In this document: positions 28,704 to 40,230 of the stretch, in pieces
Layout: every line of letters begins with the position of its first letter
How positions within the stretch are numbered: the stretch's first letter is position 1
NCBI GenBank assembly: GCA_963848295.1
Contig: CAWKDB010000010.1
Location: 3,680,001 to 3,744,000 of the forward strand
From: an uncultured delta proteobacterium
GTDB lineage: Bacteria > Myxococcota_A > Polyangia > Haliangiales > Haliangiaceae
DNA length: 64,000 bases
Direction: 5' to 3'
Program-made: the position numbers and the translations under genes
Notes under the pieces: model-generated
The model's database searches: none
What the model saw: only the letters and a program-made list of their open reading frames with translations
What the model was told of the DNA's origin: nothing

Positions 28704-28737
28704 GTGCCCAGCATAGGGCATTGCACGGCTTCGCGCC

Positions 28738-29313
28738 CTAACGTGCCACGGCGAGCTCGACGTCGACCGCGGCGGCCCCGGCATCGGTGCGCAGCACGAC
28801 CTTGACCGCGCGAGCCTTGCCGCGCGTCGCGAGCCGATCCGCGAGCGCTTCGCGGGCTCGCTCGAGCCGATCGGCGAGCAGCGTATCGCCCGGCGCTAGC
28901 GTGACGACACCGGCGGCCTTCGCGGTCGCGCCGGTCACTTCGACCGAGCGGACGTGGAACACCGGGCCCTGCGCGATCGAGTACGTCACGAACGCGCCGC
29001 CGGCGGTGCCGAACGTGATCTCCGCCGGCTGAACCTTCGCGGTCAGGTAGCCGCGCGCTTGCAGCGCCGCCTCGAGCGCCGAGCGATCCCGTTCGAGCTT
29101 GTCGGTGTCGACTTCGTCACCGACATGGGTCGACAGCGTCGCGCGCAGCGCGATGACCGGCAGGCCGTGACCGTCGAGCGCGATGCTCTCGATCTCCTGT
29201 GCCTTCGGAGCGGCCGCGGGGCCTGCCGAAGCGTCGCTCACCGATAACTGGCGCACGATGCCCCACGAGCCGATGCCGGCGACGGTGACGAGCGCGAGGG
29301 CAGCGATGCGCAC
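28738..29313 (-). CDS. Small POTRA-domain exported protein
   Basis: IESIALDG...LERDRSALEAALQARGYLTAKV...GPVFHVRSVEVTG pattern; no barrel. Confidence 0.7.
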   Translation of the reverse strand: MRIAALALVTVAGIGSWGIVRQLSVSDASAGPAAAPKAQEIESIALDGHGLPVIALRATLSTHVGDEVDTDKLERDRSALEAALQARGYLTAKVQPAEITFGTAGGAFVTYSIAQGPVFHVRSVEVTGATAKAAGVVTLAPGDTLLADRLERAREALADRLATRGKARAVKVVLRTDAGAAAVDVELAVAR

Positions 29314-29325
29314 CTCGACGGGAAT

Positions 29326-29341
29326 TGCAACCGCGGGACCA
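29326..29341 (-). promoter_or_regulatory. Sigma54-type promoter TGGTCCCGCGGTTGCA
   Basis: GG-N10-GC with TTGCA on the minus strand; predicted start site about 2 nt before the GTG at 29313. Confidence 0.6.
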
Positions 29342-29472
29342 GGGCGCGATCGACCAAGATCGCCGCCAACCCCGTGATCAGTGGCTGGTTTGGAAGCGGT
29401 CCGATCGTGACCGGCCCATCACATGTAGTCGATCGGATACTTCGCGGTCGAGCCGTCGAGGCCGGACGGTCT

Positions 29473-32016
29473 TCAGTTGATCGGTGCGGTCGCGACGTTG
29501 CCGAACCGATCGGTGACCTTCACCATCGCCGAGCTCGCGTGATCCGGGACGATCACGGCGCCGTTCGCGTCGGTCGTGCCTGCGCTGGAGATCAGCGTGC
29601 CGCCGCCGGCGTCGAGCAGCGTGACGGTCACCGCCTGGGTGCGCAGCGGCACCGGATCATTCGACATGAGCGTCATGTCCATCAGGCGCCAGCCCTTCGG
29701 CGCGTGCCACGACACGTTGGCCTGGACGTTGCCGCCGACGCGCGCGCCGACCGCCTCGAGCCCACCGGCGACGACCGCGAACGGCTGGCTGTCGATCGAC
29801 CAGCCCTTGCCGTCGACGTGAAAGCGATAGTTGCCGAGCGGCAAGCCGCCGCGATCGTCGAGCGTGTCGAGGCCGTCCTCGCCGAGCCACGGCACCGCCT
29901 GCCACTCGACCGTCCAGTAGTGCGTCTGCGGTCCGGAGGTGCGTTGCAGCGGCGCGGGCGTATACGCCACGGCGAGCTCGGCATCGTCGACGATCCGGCC
30001 GCTGTGTCGGGTCGCCGCGACGTACGTGCCCGAGCCCGCAGGCGTCTCCACTTCGAGCGTGACGTGCGGCGTCTGCGCCGACGGGTCATCGCCGATCCAC
30101 ACGAACGTCGCGATCCCGGAGACGCGCGGGATCGTCGCAGCGGGCTGCGCTTGTGCCGGCGTGCCGGTGCGCATCCAGATTCCGGCCGGCACCGTCGCTG
30201 GCACCGTGCCCGCCATCGGCGCGGGGTCGTCGATCGCGAACGTGTCGGTCGTGGTGACCGTCGCGAGCTTCGTCGTACCGTCGACCGTGCCGTCTTGATG
30301 CGTATCGCTCAGCGCGAGTGGCATCAGCGCGAGCAGCTTCTCGGCGACCATCTCCGCTTCGAGCGGACCGCCGAACGAGACGCTCGGCTCGTAGCCGCCG
30401 AGCAACCAGTCTTCGGGCCGCAACATGTAGCCGCCGTGGCCCTGAGCATAGCCGACGAGGATCGTGTGATCGGCCGCGATCGGCGAGCCCGCCATCAGAT
30501 AGTCCTTGAGCAAGACGCTGAGCTCGCCGGGGATCGTGCCGATCAAGTAGTCCCCGATGCGCAGCGCCGAGATCGTGCTGCGCGTCGTTTCGCACACCGG
30601 GTGCGTCTCGTCGACGCCGAAGTCGATGTTGAAGATCGGGCCGAGGATCGAGCCGGCGACGTCGAGCCGCAAGCACGAGCCGTACGGCGAGATCGTCTCG
30701 GTTCCGGGAATCGCCGCGGCCGGGAACATCGGCTCGCCGGTCTCGCACAGTGCAGCGCCGACCGGCGCGTCGTACTCGTCGATCGGCGAGATGATCGCGC
30801 CGGTGTCGTCGTAGACCTGGCCATCGGGAGTCTTCGCGAGGTCGAACGGCGCGTACGCGAGCGCGCCGCCGCGGATCGTGAACGTCGCCGGGTCGGGGCC
30901 GGTGTCGATCGACCGCGACAACATCGACAGCGGGAGCGATGTCACCATCGCGGTGCCGGCGCCGTTATAGGCCGCCATCATCGTCGCGAGCGCGGCGCGG
31001 CCGTTGCCTTCTTCGACCGCCCAAGGCAAGCACGGATCGCCGGCCGCGCCCGGCTTGACCGCGCAGTCGATCCCGCCGTGACCGACCGGCGAGACGTCAC
31101 CGCCCGCGCTCTGCAGCCGCATCACGACCATCTGCGAGCTGAATTGCTCCTCGAACACGCGCTCGATCGCGCCGGGCGCATCGGTCGACGCGAGCGGGTT
31201 CGTCTCGTCCTCGAGCGTGCCGTGCATGCCGAAGATCGGGATCGCCGCGATCGGCGCACCGCCGACCGTGTCGAGTCGGATCATGAAGAAGTGATCATCC
31301 TTGCGATGGCCGCCGGGCAGATTGTCGTTCTCGGGGCGGCGATCGCGCGTGATCTGATCGGTCGGATCGAAGTTGTCGTCGTAGAAGAACCCGATCTGCG
31401 CCGGCTGCATCGCGGCGAGCGCATCTTGGGCGGCGCCGACCGCGCCGGCGAGCATTCGATCGTAGACCAGCTGGCGAAACTCGCCGGACCCGAGCTTGAG
31501 CGGGCCGTGGCCGGTGAACTGCGCCCAGGCCGAGTGGCTGTGCGATGCCGACAGGATCACCTTGCCGGCGAACTGCGGTCCGAGCTTCTGCTCGAGATCG
31601 AACAGCATGCCCTCGTAGACGAAGATCATGTCGATGTTGACGATCACGACCGTCTCGCCGCCCGCCGACAACGCGACCGCCTTCGCGCGCGGCGCCGCGA
31701 GCCGACCGATCGACGGGTTGAACGTGCCGCTGATGTCGACCTTGCGCGCGTCGACGACGCCGGCCGAGCCGAGGAATCCCGCCCGCGCGGTGTAGCCACC
31801 GAGCGCGGTGCCGACCGGGACATCGAGCACACGCTCGGCCGCACCCGCTTGCAGCGCACCGGCGGCGACCGCGGTGCCCGCGTTCGCGGTCGGCGTCATC
31901 GGCTGGTAGTTGCACAGCTCGGTGGTCACGACCGGCATCGCATCCGGTGCTGGCGTGCTGTGACCACTGCAGCCAGAGGCCAACGCGACGACGAACGCGA
32001 AACGAGCGGCACGCAT
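29473..32016 (-). CDS. Neutral/alkaline ceramidase-family lipoprotein
   Basis: Lipobox LASGC; ASHSHSA, FGMHGT, AGGDVSP, IPGE, GGYE motifs. Confidence 0.75.
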   Translation of the reverse strand: MRAARFAFVVALASGCSGHSTPAPDAMPVVTTELCNYQPMTPTANAGTAVAAGALQAGAAERVLDVPVGTALGGYTARAGFLGSAGVVDARKVDISGTFNPSIGRLAAPRAKAVALSAGGETVVIVNIDMIFVYEGMLFDLEQKLGPQFAGKVILSASHSHSAWAQFTGHGPLKLGSGEFRQLVYDRMLAGAVGAAQDALAAMQPAQIGFFYDDNFDPTDQITRDRRPENDNLPGGHRKDDHFFMIRLDTVGGAPIAAIPIFGMHGTLEDETNPLASTDAPGAIERVFEEQFSSQMVVMRLQSAGGDVSPVGHGGIDCAVKPGAAGDPCLPWAVEEGNGRAALATMMAAYNGAGTAMVTSLPLSMLSRSIDTGPDPATFTIRGGALAYAPFDLAKTPDGQVYDDTGAIISPIDEYDAPVGAALCETGEPMFPAAAIPGTETISPYGSCLRLDVAGSILGPIFNIDFGVDETHPVCETTRSTISALRIGDYLIGTIPGELSVLLKDYLMAGSPIAADHTILVGYAQGHGGYMLRPEDWLLGGYEPSVSFGGPLEAEMVAEKLLALMPLALSDTHQDGTVDGTTKLATVTTTDTFAIDDPAPMAGTVPATVPAGIWMRTGTPAQAQPAATIPRVSGIATFVWIGDDPSAQTPHVTLEVETPAGSGTYVAATRHSGRIVDDAELAVAYTPAPLQRTSGPQTHYWTVEWQAVPWLGEDGLDTLDDRGGLPLGNYRFHVDGKGWSIDSQPFAVVAGGLEAVGARVGGNVQANVSWHAPKGWRLMDMTLMSNDPVPLRTQAVTVTLLDAGGGTLISSAGTTDANGAVIVPDHASSAMVKVTDRFGNVATAPIN

Positions 32017-32047
32017 GCGGCGTATGTAACACGGCTGTTGCTGCCGA

Positions 32048-33385
32048 TTACGAGTGATCTAACCCACGCAACATCGCGTCGCGCACCGCGTCGTAGCTCG
32101 CGGGCAGCTCGATCGGGGCGTTGCGGTACTTGCCGGCCGGGACCTCGGCGAGCGTGCCGTCGTGATAGCCGATCTTGAAGTCTGCGAACTTGAGGCCGCT
32201 CGCGGTCGAGATCACGACGACCCGATGGTCGCGGGTCACCACGCCCCGCGCCGCCAGCTTCGCGAGCGCGGCGAGGGCGACGCCGGTGTGAGGGCAGGTG
32301 AACAGGCCGCCGCGATCGGCGAGCGCGGAGGCATCGGCGAGCTCGGCCTCACTCGCGATCTCGACGACGCCATCGTACGCCTCGAGCACGCGCACCGCCT
32401 TCGCGAAGCTCACCGGGTTGCCGATCTGGATCGCGGACGCGAGCGTCGGTTTCGCGACCACGCGCTCGAGCGCCGCCCAGCCCGCGCGGTAGCTCGCGTA
32501 CAGCGGGCTCGCGTTCGCGGCTTGCGCGACGCAGATCCTCGGCCGGCGCGCGACCAGCCCGAGCTCGAGCAACAGGTCGAACCCGGCGCCGAGCGCCGAG
32601 ACGTTGCCGAGGTTGCCACCGGGGATCACGACCCAATCGGGCACGTCCCAGCCGAGCTGTTGCGCGATCTCGATCGCGACCGTCTTCTGGCCCTCGACGC
32701 GCAGCGAGTTCATCGAGTTCGCGAGGTAGACGCCGTCGCGATCGGCGAGCTGCTGGACGATCGCCATGCAGCCGTCGAAGTCGCTATCGATCGCGAGCAC
32801 GAGCGCGCCCGTCGCGAGCGGTTGCACGAGCTGCGCCGTCGAGATCTTACCGCGCGGCAGGATCACGACCGCCGGGATCCGGGCGGCGGCGGCATACGCG
32901 GCGAGCGCGGCGGACGTATCGCCGGTCGAGGCGCACGCGACCGCGCGGATCGGTTTGCCGTGCGCGATCATCTGGTTGACCATCGACACCAGCACGGTCA
33001 TCCCGAGATCTTTGAACGAGCCGGTGTGCGAGGTGCCGCACTGCTTGATCCGGACGTCGCCGAGGCCGAGCGCGCGGGCGTAGGCCGGCGTGCGCATCAA
33101 GTGCGTACCGCCTTCGGCCATCGACACGATGTGCTCGCGCGAGAGGCCGGGCGCGACCCACTCGTGCTTGCCCCACACGCCCGAGCTATATGGCTCCTCG
33201 ATCGCGTGCCAGCGCTCGGCGAACAGCTGCTTCCACGCGTCGGCGGAGCGAGTGCGCAAGGCCGCGATGTCGTGAGCGACCTCGAGCAGGCCGCCGCACG
33301 TCGGGCAGCGATAGATCACCTGGTCGAGCGGAAACGTGCCGGAGCAGCCCGAGGCGCAGCGGAAGTGCGCGGAGAACGTCGTCAC
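32048..33385 (-). CDS. thrC: Threonine synthase
   Basis: HTGSFKDLGM (PLP Lys), CASTGDTSAALA, PGGNLGN, CPHTGVA. Confidence 0.93.
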   Translation of the reverse strand: MTTFSAHFRCASGCSGTFPLDQVIYRCPTCGGLLEVAHDIAALRTRSADAWKQLFAERWHAIEEPYSSGVWGKHEWVAPGLSREHIVSMAEGGTHLMRTPAYARALGLGDVRIKQCGTSHTGSFKDLGMTVLVSMVNQMIAHGKPIRAVACASTGDTSAALAAYAAAARIPAVVILPRGKISTAQLVQPLATGALVLAIDSDFDGCMAIVQQLADRDGVYLANSMNSLRVEGQKTVAIEIAQQLGWDVPDWVVIPGGNLGNVSALGAGFDLLLELGLVARRPRICVAQAANASPLYASYRAGWAALERVVAKPTLASAIQIGNPVSFAKAVRVLEAYDGVVEIASEAELADASALADRGGLFTCPHTGVALAALAKLAARGVVTRDHRVVVISTASGLKFADFKIGYHDGTLAEVPAGKYRNAPIELPASYDAVRDAMLRGLDHS

Positions 33386-34770
33386 GGTTTCGGCTTCGCC
33401 TTGATGATGACTTGGTTGTCTTTGACGACGACCGAGAAGTCGACGCCCTTGGCTTTGTACTGCTCCATGATTCGCGGCGCTTGCGCGTTGATCGTCTTCA
33501 ACAGCTTGCCGTAACCGCCCGGGCCGACGTTTTCGCCGAGCATCTCCTTGGCCTTGACGTACTTCGTGTACAGCGCATTGACGTCGGCGTCGGTCATCCC
33601 GGGCGGCGGCCTGCTCTGCCCGGGTTGCGTGGCGGCGCGCGGCGCGACCGGCCGCGGCGTCGCGGTTTGGATCGGCGTTGGCCCGGCTGTCGGCGCCGGG
33701 CTTTGAGCGCGCGCATGAACCGGCGGGGCCGGTTTCGGCGTCGCGGTCACGATCGGTGCAGACGCCGCGCGCGGTGCGGCGACCGGCGGTGCGGACGGTG
33801 CGCGCGGCGCGGCGACCGGCGGTGCGGTCGCGGGTCGCGGCGGTGCGGTCGCGGGTCGTGGCGGTGCTACGACCGGGACGTTCGGCACCTTCGTCGGTGC
33901 GGTCGGCGCCTTGAGGAACGGCCCGGCCAGCTGCTCGACTTGCAACGGCGCGCGAGCGGCGGCTGCTCCGGGCGCGATCGGCACGGGCTTCGTCGCCTGC
34001 GATGGCATGCGCGCGGGTGTGGGCACGCCCGGTTTCGCGATCGCCGGGATGCCGCCGCTCGGGCGCGCCGGTGGTGGCACGGTCGGGCGTTTCACCGGCG
34101 CGGGCGGGGCTGGCGGCGCGCTCGGCGCGCGGGTAACGGGCGGTGGCGGGGCGGGCGCTTCTTCGATCTCGGCGAAGAACTTCTCGAGATCGATCTCGCC
34201 GTCGGCGTCGTCGAGTCGGATCGCACCACGCACATCGCGGACATCGCGGGGCGGCACCGGCGCGTGGATCTCGACCGGGCTGTCGTCGGACAGATCGACA
34301 TCGACGTCCGCCGCGACGTCGGCGCCACGGCGCTGTGCGATCGCCAGGGCTTGTTCGCGATCGCGCAAGACTTGATCGCGCATCCGCTTCGGCATCGCCG
34401 CGAGGATCTCGTCCGGGATGTCGTCACCGGTGCGCGCCGCTTGCCGGCCGACCTTCGACAGGTTGCGAAAATACGTCCCGTTCTCGATCTGGCGCAGCGT
34501 CCGTCGCCAGTACGAGTTGTACGAACCGAACTTCTGTTGCAGCGTCGCGAGCCGGTAGCGCAAGCCGGTGTTGCGAATCGACAGCTGCGTGAGGTCGCGC
34601 AGCTTGCGCTCGATATCGGTGTGCAGGAACGCCGGAGCTTGCTTCTGGATGCCCAAGAAGTACTGCTCGTACAACGTCTTGAGCCGATCGAGGTTCGTCG
34701 CGGCGAGATCGAGCAGCTCCTCGATCTGCTCGGATGTGACCATCTGGTCCTGCGCCGACTTCGAAGCCAC
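33382..34770 (-). CDS. Myxobacterial protein with MXAN_5187-type C-terminal domain and Pro-rich linker
   Basis: LYEQYFLG...RQIENGTY N-terminus; C-terminal LYTKYVKAK...VDFSVVVKDNQVIIKAKPK. Confidence 0.75.
   Translation of the reverse strand: MASKSAQDQMVTSEQIEELLDLAATNLDRLKTLYEQYFLGIQKQAPAFLHTDIERKLRDLTQLSIRNTGLRYRLATLQQKFGSYNSYWRRTLRQIENGTYFRNLSKVGRQAARTGDDIPDEILAAMPKRMRDQVLRDREQALAIAQRRGADVAADVDVDLSDDSPVEIHAPVPPRDVRDVRGAIRLDDADGEIDLEKFFAEIEEAPAPPPPVTRAPSAPPAPPAPVKRPTVPPPARPSGGIPAIAKPGVPTPARMPSQATKPVPIAPGAAAARAPLQVEQLAGPFLKAPTAPTKVPNVPVVAPPRPATAPPRPATAPPVAAPRAPSAPPVAAPRAASAPIVTATPKPAPPVHARAQSPAPTAGPTPIQTATPRPVAPRAATQPGQSRPPPGMTDADVNALYTKYVKAKEMLGENVGPGGYGKLLKTINAQAPRIMEQYKAKGVDFSVVVKDNQVIIKAKPKP
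33760..33880. repeat. In-frame tandem repeats encoding APPRPAT / APPVAAPRA
   Basis: Imperfect repeated units of ggcggtgcggtcgcgggtcg and gcgaccggcggtgcgg. Confidence 0.6.
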
Positions 34771-34811
34771 CTGCTGCGAGGATACCAGGTCTGCTATGAC
34801 CGGGGCCGCGG

Positions 34812-36473
34812 ATGTCGGTCCTGTACACCCTCGTGCTCGTCGGCGTGCTCGTGCTGATCCACGAGCTCGGCCACTTCGCGGTCGCGAAGCTGCTCGACGT
34901 CAAGGTGCTGCGGTTCTCGCTCGGCTACGGCCGCCCGCTCGTCCGGGTCAAGCTCGGCGAGACCGAGTACCAGATCGGCGTGTTTCCGATCGGCGGCTAC
35001 GTCCGGATCATGGGCATCGAAGGCGAAGGCGAGTCGGTCGACAAGCGCGACGCCGGCCGCAGCTTTGCGAGTCGGCCGTTGTGGCAGCGGCTCGCGATCG
35101 TGTTCGCGGGTCCGGCCGCGAACTTGTTACTCCCCGTCGTGATCTACTTCGCGTTCTTCGCGGGCCACACCTCGCTGCCCGCCGCGGTGATCGGCGACGT
35201 GCGTGACAATGGTGTCGCCGCGCGCGCGGGGCTCGAGCCGGGCGATCGCGTGCTCGAGATCGATGGCCGCGCGGTGCGCTACTTCGAAGACATCGAGCGA
35301 ATCGTGCAGAGCTCGCCGGGCAAGGAGCTCCACATCCGCGTGCAGCGCGGCAGCAAGGTGTTCGAGCGTTACGTCACGCCGATCGAACAGACGGTGTGGA
35401 GCAAGGAGCGCGACGGCACGATGACTCGGCAGGGTTGGGTCGGCATCTGGCACGCGCCGTTCGTGCCGCTTGTCGGCGTGATCGATTCGCAATCCCCCGC
35501 CGCTCGCGCCGGCCTGCGCACGAACGATCTGCTGATCAGCATCGACGGGGAGCCGGTGCGCAACTGGAGCGACGTCGCCCATCACCTCGGCAAGCTCGCG
35601 CGGCGCAGCAGCATCGTGTACTTCCGCGGCACCGGAGTTCCCGGCGTGCCCGCGATCGAGCTGCTCGCGCCCGGCTTCGCCGATCTCGTCCCGGAGACGC
35701 GAGTCGACGGCGCGCTCAAGCGCGTCACGTACACCGGGCTCGAGCACGCCGAGATGTTCGTCGCTCATGTCGAGCCAGGCTCGGCGGCCGAGAGCGCTGG
35801 CATCAAGGTCGGCGATCTGATCGTCGCGCTCGACGATCGCCCGATGGAGCACTGGCTCGATCTCGATCAGGCGCTGCAAGCCGAGCCGACCAAGACGTTC
35901 AAGTTGACGTGGAAGCGCGCGTCGGCCGGCGGCACGACCGAGACGATCACCGCCGACGTCACCCAACAGTGGAAACAAGGCCTCGACGACTACGATCACA
36001 CCGTGACTCGCCTCGTGTTCGGTGCGCGCAACGACGTCGATCGCGGCACCGGCGTGATGACGCCGATCGACGGCCGGATCGGCTACGCGTTCTCGAAGTC
36101 GCTCGAGCAGACCGGCGAGACGATCTCGACGATGGTCAGCGGCTTCTTCCAGATCCTCGGCGGCGACACGCCCAGCGATGCGCTCGGCGGCCCGCTGATG
36201 ATGTATCGCGTGGCGTCGGTGTCGGGCAGCCAAGGCTGGGACAGCTTCATGCGGCTGCTCGCGTTGATCAGCATCAACCTGGGTCTCATCAACTTGTTGC
36301 CGATTCCGATGCTCGACGGCGGCCATCTGTTGGTGTTCGGGCTCGAGAGCGTGCGCCGCCGGCCGCTCTCGGCGAAGACGCGCGGCCGGATCCAGCTCGC
36401 CGGCTTGGTCGCGATCGGCCTCATCACGATCCTCGCGCTGCGCAATGACTTGGTGCGCTTCGTGTGGCGATGA
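34812..36473 (+). CDS. rseP: RIP metalloprotease with multiple PDZ domains
   Basis: [22 protein letters not shown], three PDZ-like segments. Confidence 0.93.
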   Translation: MSVLYTLVLVGVLVLIHELGHFAVAKLLDVKVLRFSLGYGRPLVRVKLGETEYQIGVFPIGGYVRIMGIEGEGESVDKRDAGRSFASRPLWQRLAIVFAGPAANLLLPVVIYFAFFAGHTSLPAAVIGDVRDNGVAARAGLEPGDRVLEIDGRAVRYFEDIERIVQSSPGKELHIRVQRGSKVFERYVTPIEQTVWSKERDGTMTRQGWVGIWHAPFVPLVGVIDSQSPAARAGLRTNDLLISIDGEPVRNWSDVAHHLGKLARRSSIVYFRGTGVPGVPAIELLAPGFADLVPETRVDGALKRVTYTGLEHAEMFVAHVEPGSAAESAGIKVGDLIVALDDRPMEHWLDLDQALQAEPTKTFKLTWKRASAGGTTETITADVTQQWKQGLDDYDHTVTRLVFGARNDVDRGTGVMTPIDGRIGYAFSKSLEQTGETISTMVSGFFQILGGDTPSDALGGPLMMYRVASVSGSQGWDSFMRLLALISINLGLINLLPIPMLDGGHLLVFGLESVRRRPLSAKTRGRIQLAGLVAIGLITILALRNDLVRFVWR

Positions 36474-37138
36474 TCGTCCTCGGGATCGATACGGCGACGC
36501 CGACGACCAGCGTCGCGCTCGTGCATGCCGACGATGGCCGGATCATCGCGGCGACCTCGAGCACGGCGCGCGGCCAGGCCGCCGAGATCCTCACGCTGAT
36601 CGACGGCCTGTGCACGGCGGCCGGGGTTCGCCCGAGCGAGCTCGGCGCGGTCGCGGTCGGCGCGGGCCCGGGCTCGTTCACCGGCCTGCGGATCGGGATG
36701 GCGACGGCCAAGGGCATCGCGTTCGCGGCGGGCTCCCCGCTGTGGACCGTGTCGTCGCTCGCGGCGGTCGCACACGGCGTCGCCGGCGGGCTCGTGATCG
36801 CGCTGATCGACGCGCGGCGAGGCGAGTACTACGTCGGGGCGTTTCGCGCGGGAGTCGCGGTCGCGGCCGAAGCGGCGCTGCCTCCGGATCGGATCGCCGA
36901 GTACACCGCAGCAGCCCGGAGCGATGCCGAGCCCGTCGCCTATGTCGGCGCGGAGGCACTCGTCGCGAGCTTGCCAGGCATGATCGCACGCACACCGTCG
37001 GCGGCCAGCGTCGCGCAGCTCGGGCTCGTGGGCGCTCGCCTCGATGTCGTCGCGACCGCGGCACCGAGCTACGTTCGCCCCGCCGAAGCCGAGCTCAAGT
37101 ACCCCGACGGTGTGCCGGGGGCGTTGCGCAGGCGTTGA
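36470..37138 (+). CDS. tsaB: tRNA threonylcarbamoyladenosine biosynthesis protein
   Basis: [24 protein letters not shown]. Confidence 0.92.
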   Translation: MIVLGIDTATPTTSVALVHADDGRIIAATSSTARGQAAEILTLIDGLCTAAGVRPSELGAVAVGAGPGSFTGLRIGMATAKGIAFAAGSPLWTVSSLAAVAHGVAGGLVIALIDARRGEYYVGAFRAGVAVAAEAALPPDRIAEYTAAARSDAEPVAYVGAEALVASLPGMIARTPSAASVAQLGLVGARLDVVATAAPSYVRPAEAELKYPDGVPGALRRR

Positions 37139-37194
37139 CGCGTTGCCGCGCGGGCGTCCGCGATCTATCGTTGGGGTACCTGCCAGGAGGACGC

Positions 37195-37380
37195 GTGAAC
37201 CAGCCCGAGCCCGAGAAGCAAGCGTTGCTAGCCGAGCTGACTGCCGAACATCGTCGGCTCGATGACGAGCTCAGACAACTCGAGAAGCGCCGGGCGCTGA
37301 CCCCGACCGAACAACTGGAAGTCTCGCGCCTCAAGAAGCAGAAGCTGCTGACCAAAGATCGGATCACGCGGTTGACGTGA
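37195..37380 (+). CDS. DUF465/YdcH-family small coiled-coil protein
   Basis: [18 protein letters not shown]...[12 protein letters not shown]. Confidence 0.8.
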   Translation: MNQPEPEKQALLAELTAEHRRLDDELRQLEKRRALTPTEQLEVSRLKKQKLLTKDRITRLT

Positions 37381-37381
37381 C

Positions 37382-37840
37382 GTGCTGACTCCCGAGCAGA
37401 TCGAGACGATGCGGGCGATCGGCCTGCGCCTCGATCGCAGCGGGACGTTCTGGCAGGACGCCGCCCCGGTCACCCACGCGCGGTTGCGCCGAGCGTTGCT
37501 GCGTTGGCTCGATGTCCGCGACGACGGCCGCGACATCGTCCGGCTCGACGACAAACGCTACGCCTACGTCGAGATCGAAGATGCTCACCTGCGGGCGACC
37601 TCGGCCCGGTGGGACGGCGATCGCTGCTTCGTGTGCTGGGACGACGACGAGGAGCTCGAGCTCGACTACGGCTCGCTCCGCCAGGCGAGCGACCACGCGT
37701 TGTACTGCCGTGTGCGCAAGCTGCGCGGGCGCATCGCCGGGCCGGCGTATCACGCGGTCGCCGAGCGCATCGTGGAGGTCCCCGCCGGATTCGAGCTCGC
37801 GGCCGCCGGCCAGCGCTGGCCGATCCTCGACGCGGCGTAG
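37382..37840 (+). CDS. DUF1285-like protein
   Basis: [10 protein letters not shown]...[18 protein letters not shown]. Confidence 0.65.
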   Translation: MLTPEQIETMRAIGLRLDRSGTFWQDAAPVTHARLRRALLRWLDVRDDGRDIVRLDDKRYAYVEIEDAHLRATSARWDGDRCFVCWDDDEELELDYGSLRQASDHALYCRVRKLRGRIAGPAYHAVAERIVEVPAGFELAAAGQRWPILDAA

Positions 37841-37882
37841 GTCCGGCTCGAATAACCGGGTCTCGGCGCGCGTTACCGCGTC

Positions 37883-38611
37883 ATGCGGTTGGCCATCTTG
37901 CCGTTTCTGCTCGCGAGCTCGGTCGCGATCGCCGGCGCAGGCCGCGTTGCGTGCCCGACCGGCGCAAACCTCGAACAAGTGGCGCGTACCGCGTGGAAGG
38001 TCAACAGCGGCGAGGTCTTCCCCGAGTGCTACGCGCTCACCGCCGGCGAGCCGTTGTGGCTGGTCGTCGGCTATCTCGCGATGCCGAATGGCGCGTCCAC
38101 CAATGTCGGGCTCGCGAGCACGCTCGTCGCACCGACTGGCGAGGTCTGGCCGGTCGCCGCAACTCCGGCGCGAGCGATGTTCTCGAGCGAAGCGCTCCAC
38201 GGCCGCGGCGCGCACCCGGCCGGCAACTCCGCCGGATGGCGGAGCGGTCCAGTAGACGGCGAATGGATCGCGCGCGATCTCGATGGTGATGGTCGCGACG
38301 AGCTCGTGCACATCACCGGCAAGCAGCGCGACGGCTGGAGCGCGTCGGATCTCACGGTGTCGACCGTCGTCGATCACGAGCTCGTCACGAGCGAGCCCGT
38401 GCGGATCTCGAACAGCTTCAGCGGGCTGCACGGCGAGACCCGCGCGTGCGGCTCGACGCACCGATTCGTCGCGGGACCGCATCACACGACGCTGATCGAG
38501 ATCACCGCCGCCGCGGTCGCGATCGCGAATCCCGACGACGCTGCGCAATGCCCGGCGCGCGGTCGGCATCGCTATCGGTGGACCGGCAGCGAGCTCGTCG
38601 AAGTGCGCTGA
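37883..38611 (+). CDS. Exported hypothetical protein with a DxDGDG Ca-binding motif
   Basis: Signal peptide; DLDGDGRDELV; YRWTG C-terminus. Confidence 0.6.
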   Translation: MRLAILPFLLASSVAIAGAGRVACPTGANLEQVARTAWKVNSGEVFPECYALTAGEPLWLVVGYLAMPNGASTNVGLASTLVAPTGEVWPVAATPARAMFSSEALHGRGAHPAGNSAGWRSGPVDGEWIARDLDGDGRDELVHITGKQRDGWSASDLTVSTVVDHELVTSEPVRISNSFSGLHGETRACGSTHRFVAGPHHTTLIEITAAAVAIANPDDAAQCPARGRHRYRWTGSELVEVR

Positions 38612-39853
<1,242 letters not shown>

Positions 39854-39860
39854 GCGCGCC

Positions 39861-40211
39861 TCACATGAAGGAGTGGAACACCAGGATCAGCAGGCCGGTG
39901 ACACCGATTACCACGGCGAGCATGAGAAACCAGCCGAGAACGAGCGCGGCGCCGGCGAGCCCGAGCCCGAGCAGCATCAGCGCCCACGCTCGCTCGCGCC
40001 GAGCGATCGAGACGATGCTGATCGCGGCGGTGATCGCGAAGCCGGGCACGCTGATCCGCCGATCCGGCGTCTCCCAGAACGGATGCTGGCTCATCGCCAC
40101 GACGACGAACGTCAGCGCGCCGAGCGCGAACGTCGCGACCGCCGCGCCGCGGTGCGCGAGCCAACGCGTCGGGTGCAAGTGCTCGGGCTTGGGCAGCGGC
40201 CGCTCGTCCAC
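39861..40211 (-). CDS. Small integral membrane protein
   Basis: Three to four hydrophobic segments; TATACT 6 nt upstream of the GTG. Confidence 0.7.
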   Translation of the reverse strand: MDERPLPKPEHLHPTRWLAHRGAAVATFALGALTFVVVAMSQHPFWETPDRRISVPGFAITAAISIVSIARRERAWALMLLGLGLAGAALVLGWFLMLAVVIGVTGLLILVFHSFM

Positions 40212-40230
40212 GCTCGCAGTATAGCGCTAG

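Noticed and set aside
25806..32178. Very long plus-strand ORFs (943 aa, 934 aa) and similar ones such as 42610-44664, 6100-8067 and 61809-63542
   Set aside because: Antisense shadows of clear genes; stop codons are rare at this GC content and the products are motif-free Arg/Ala-rich strings.
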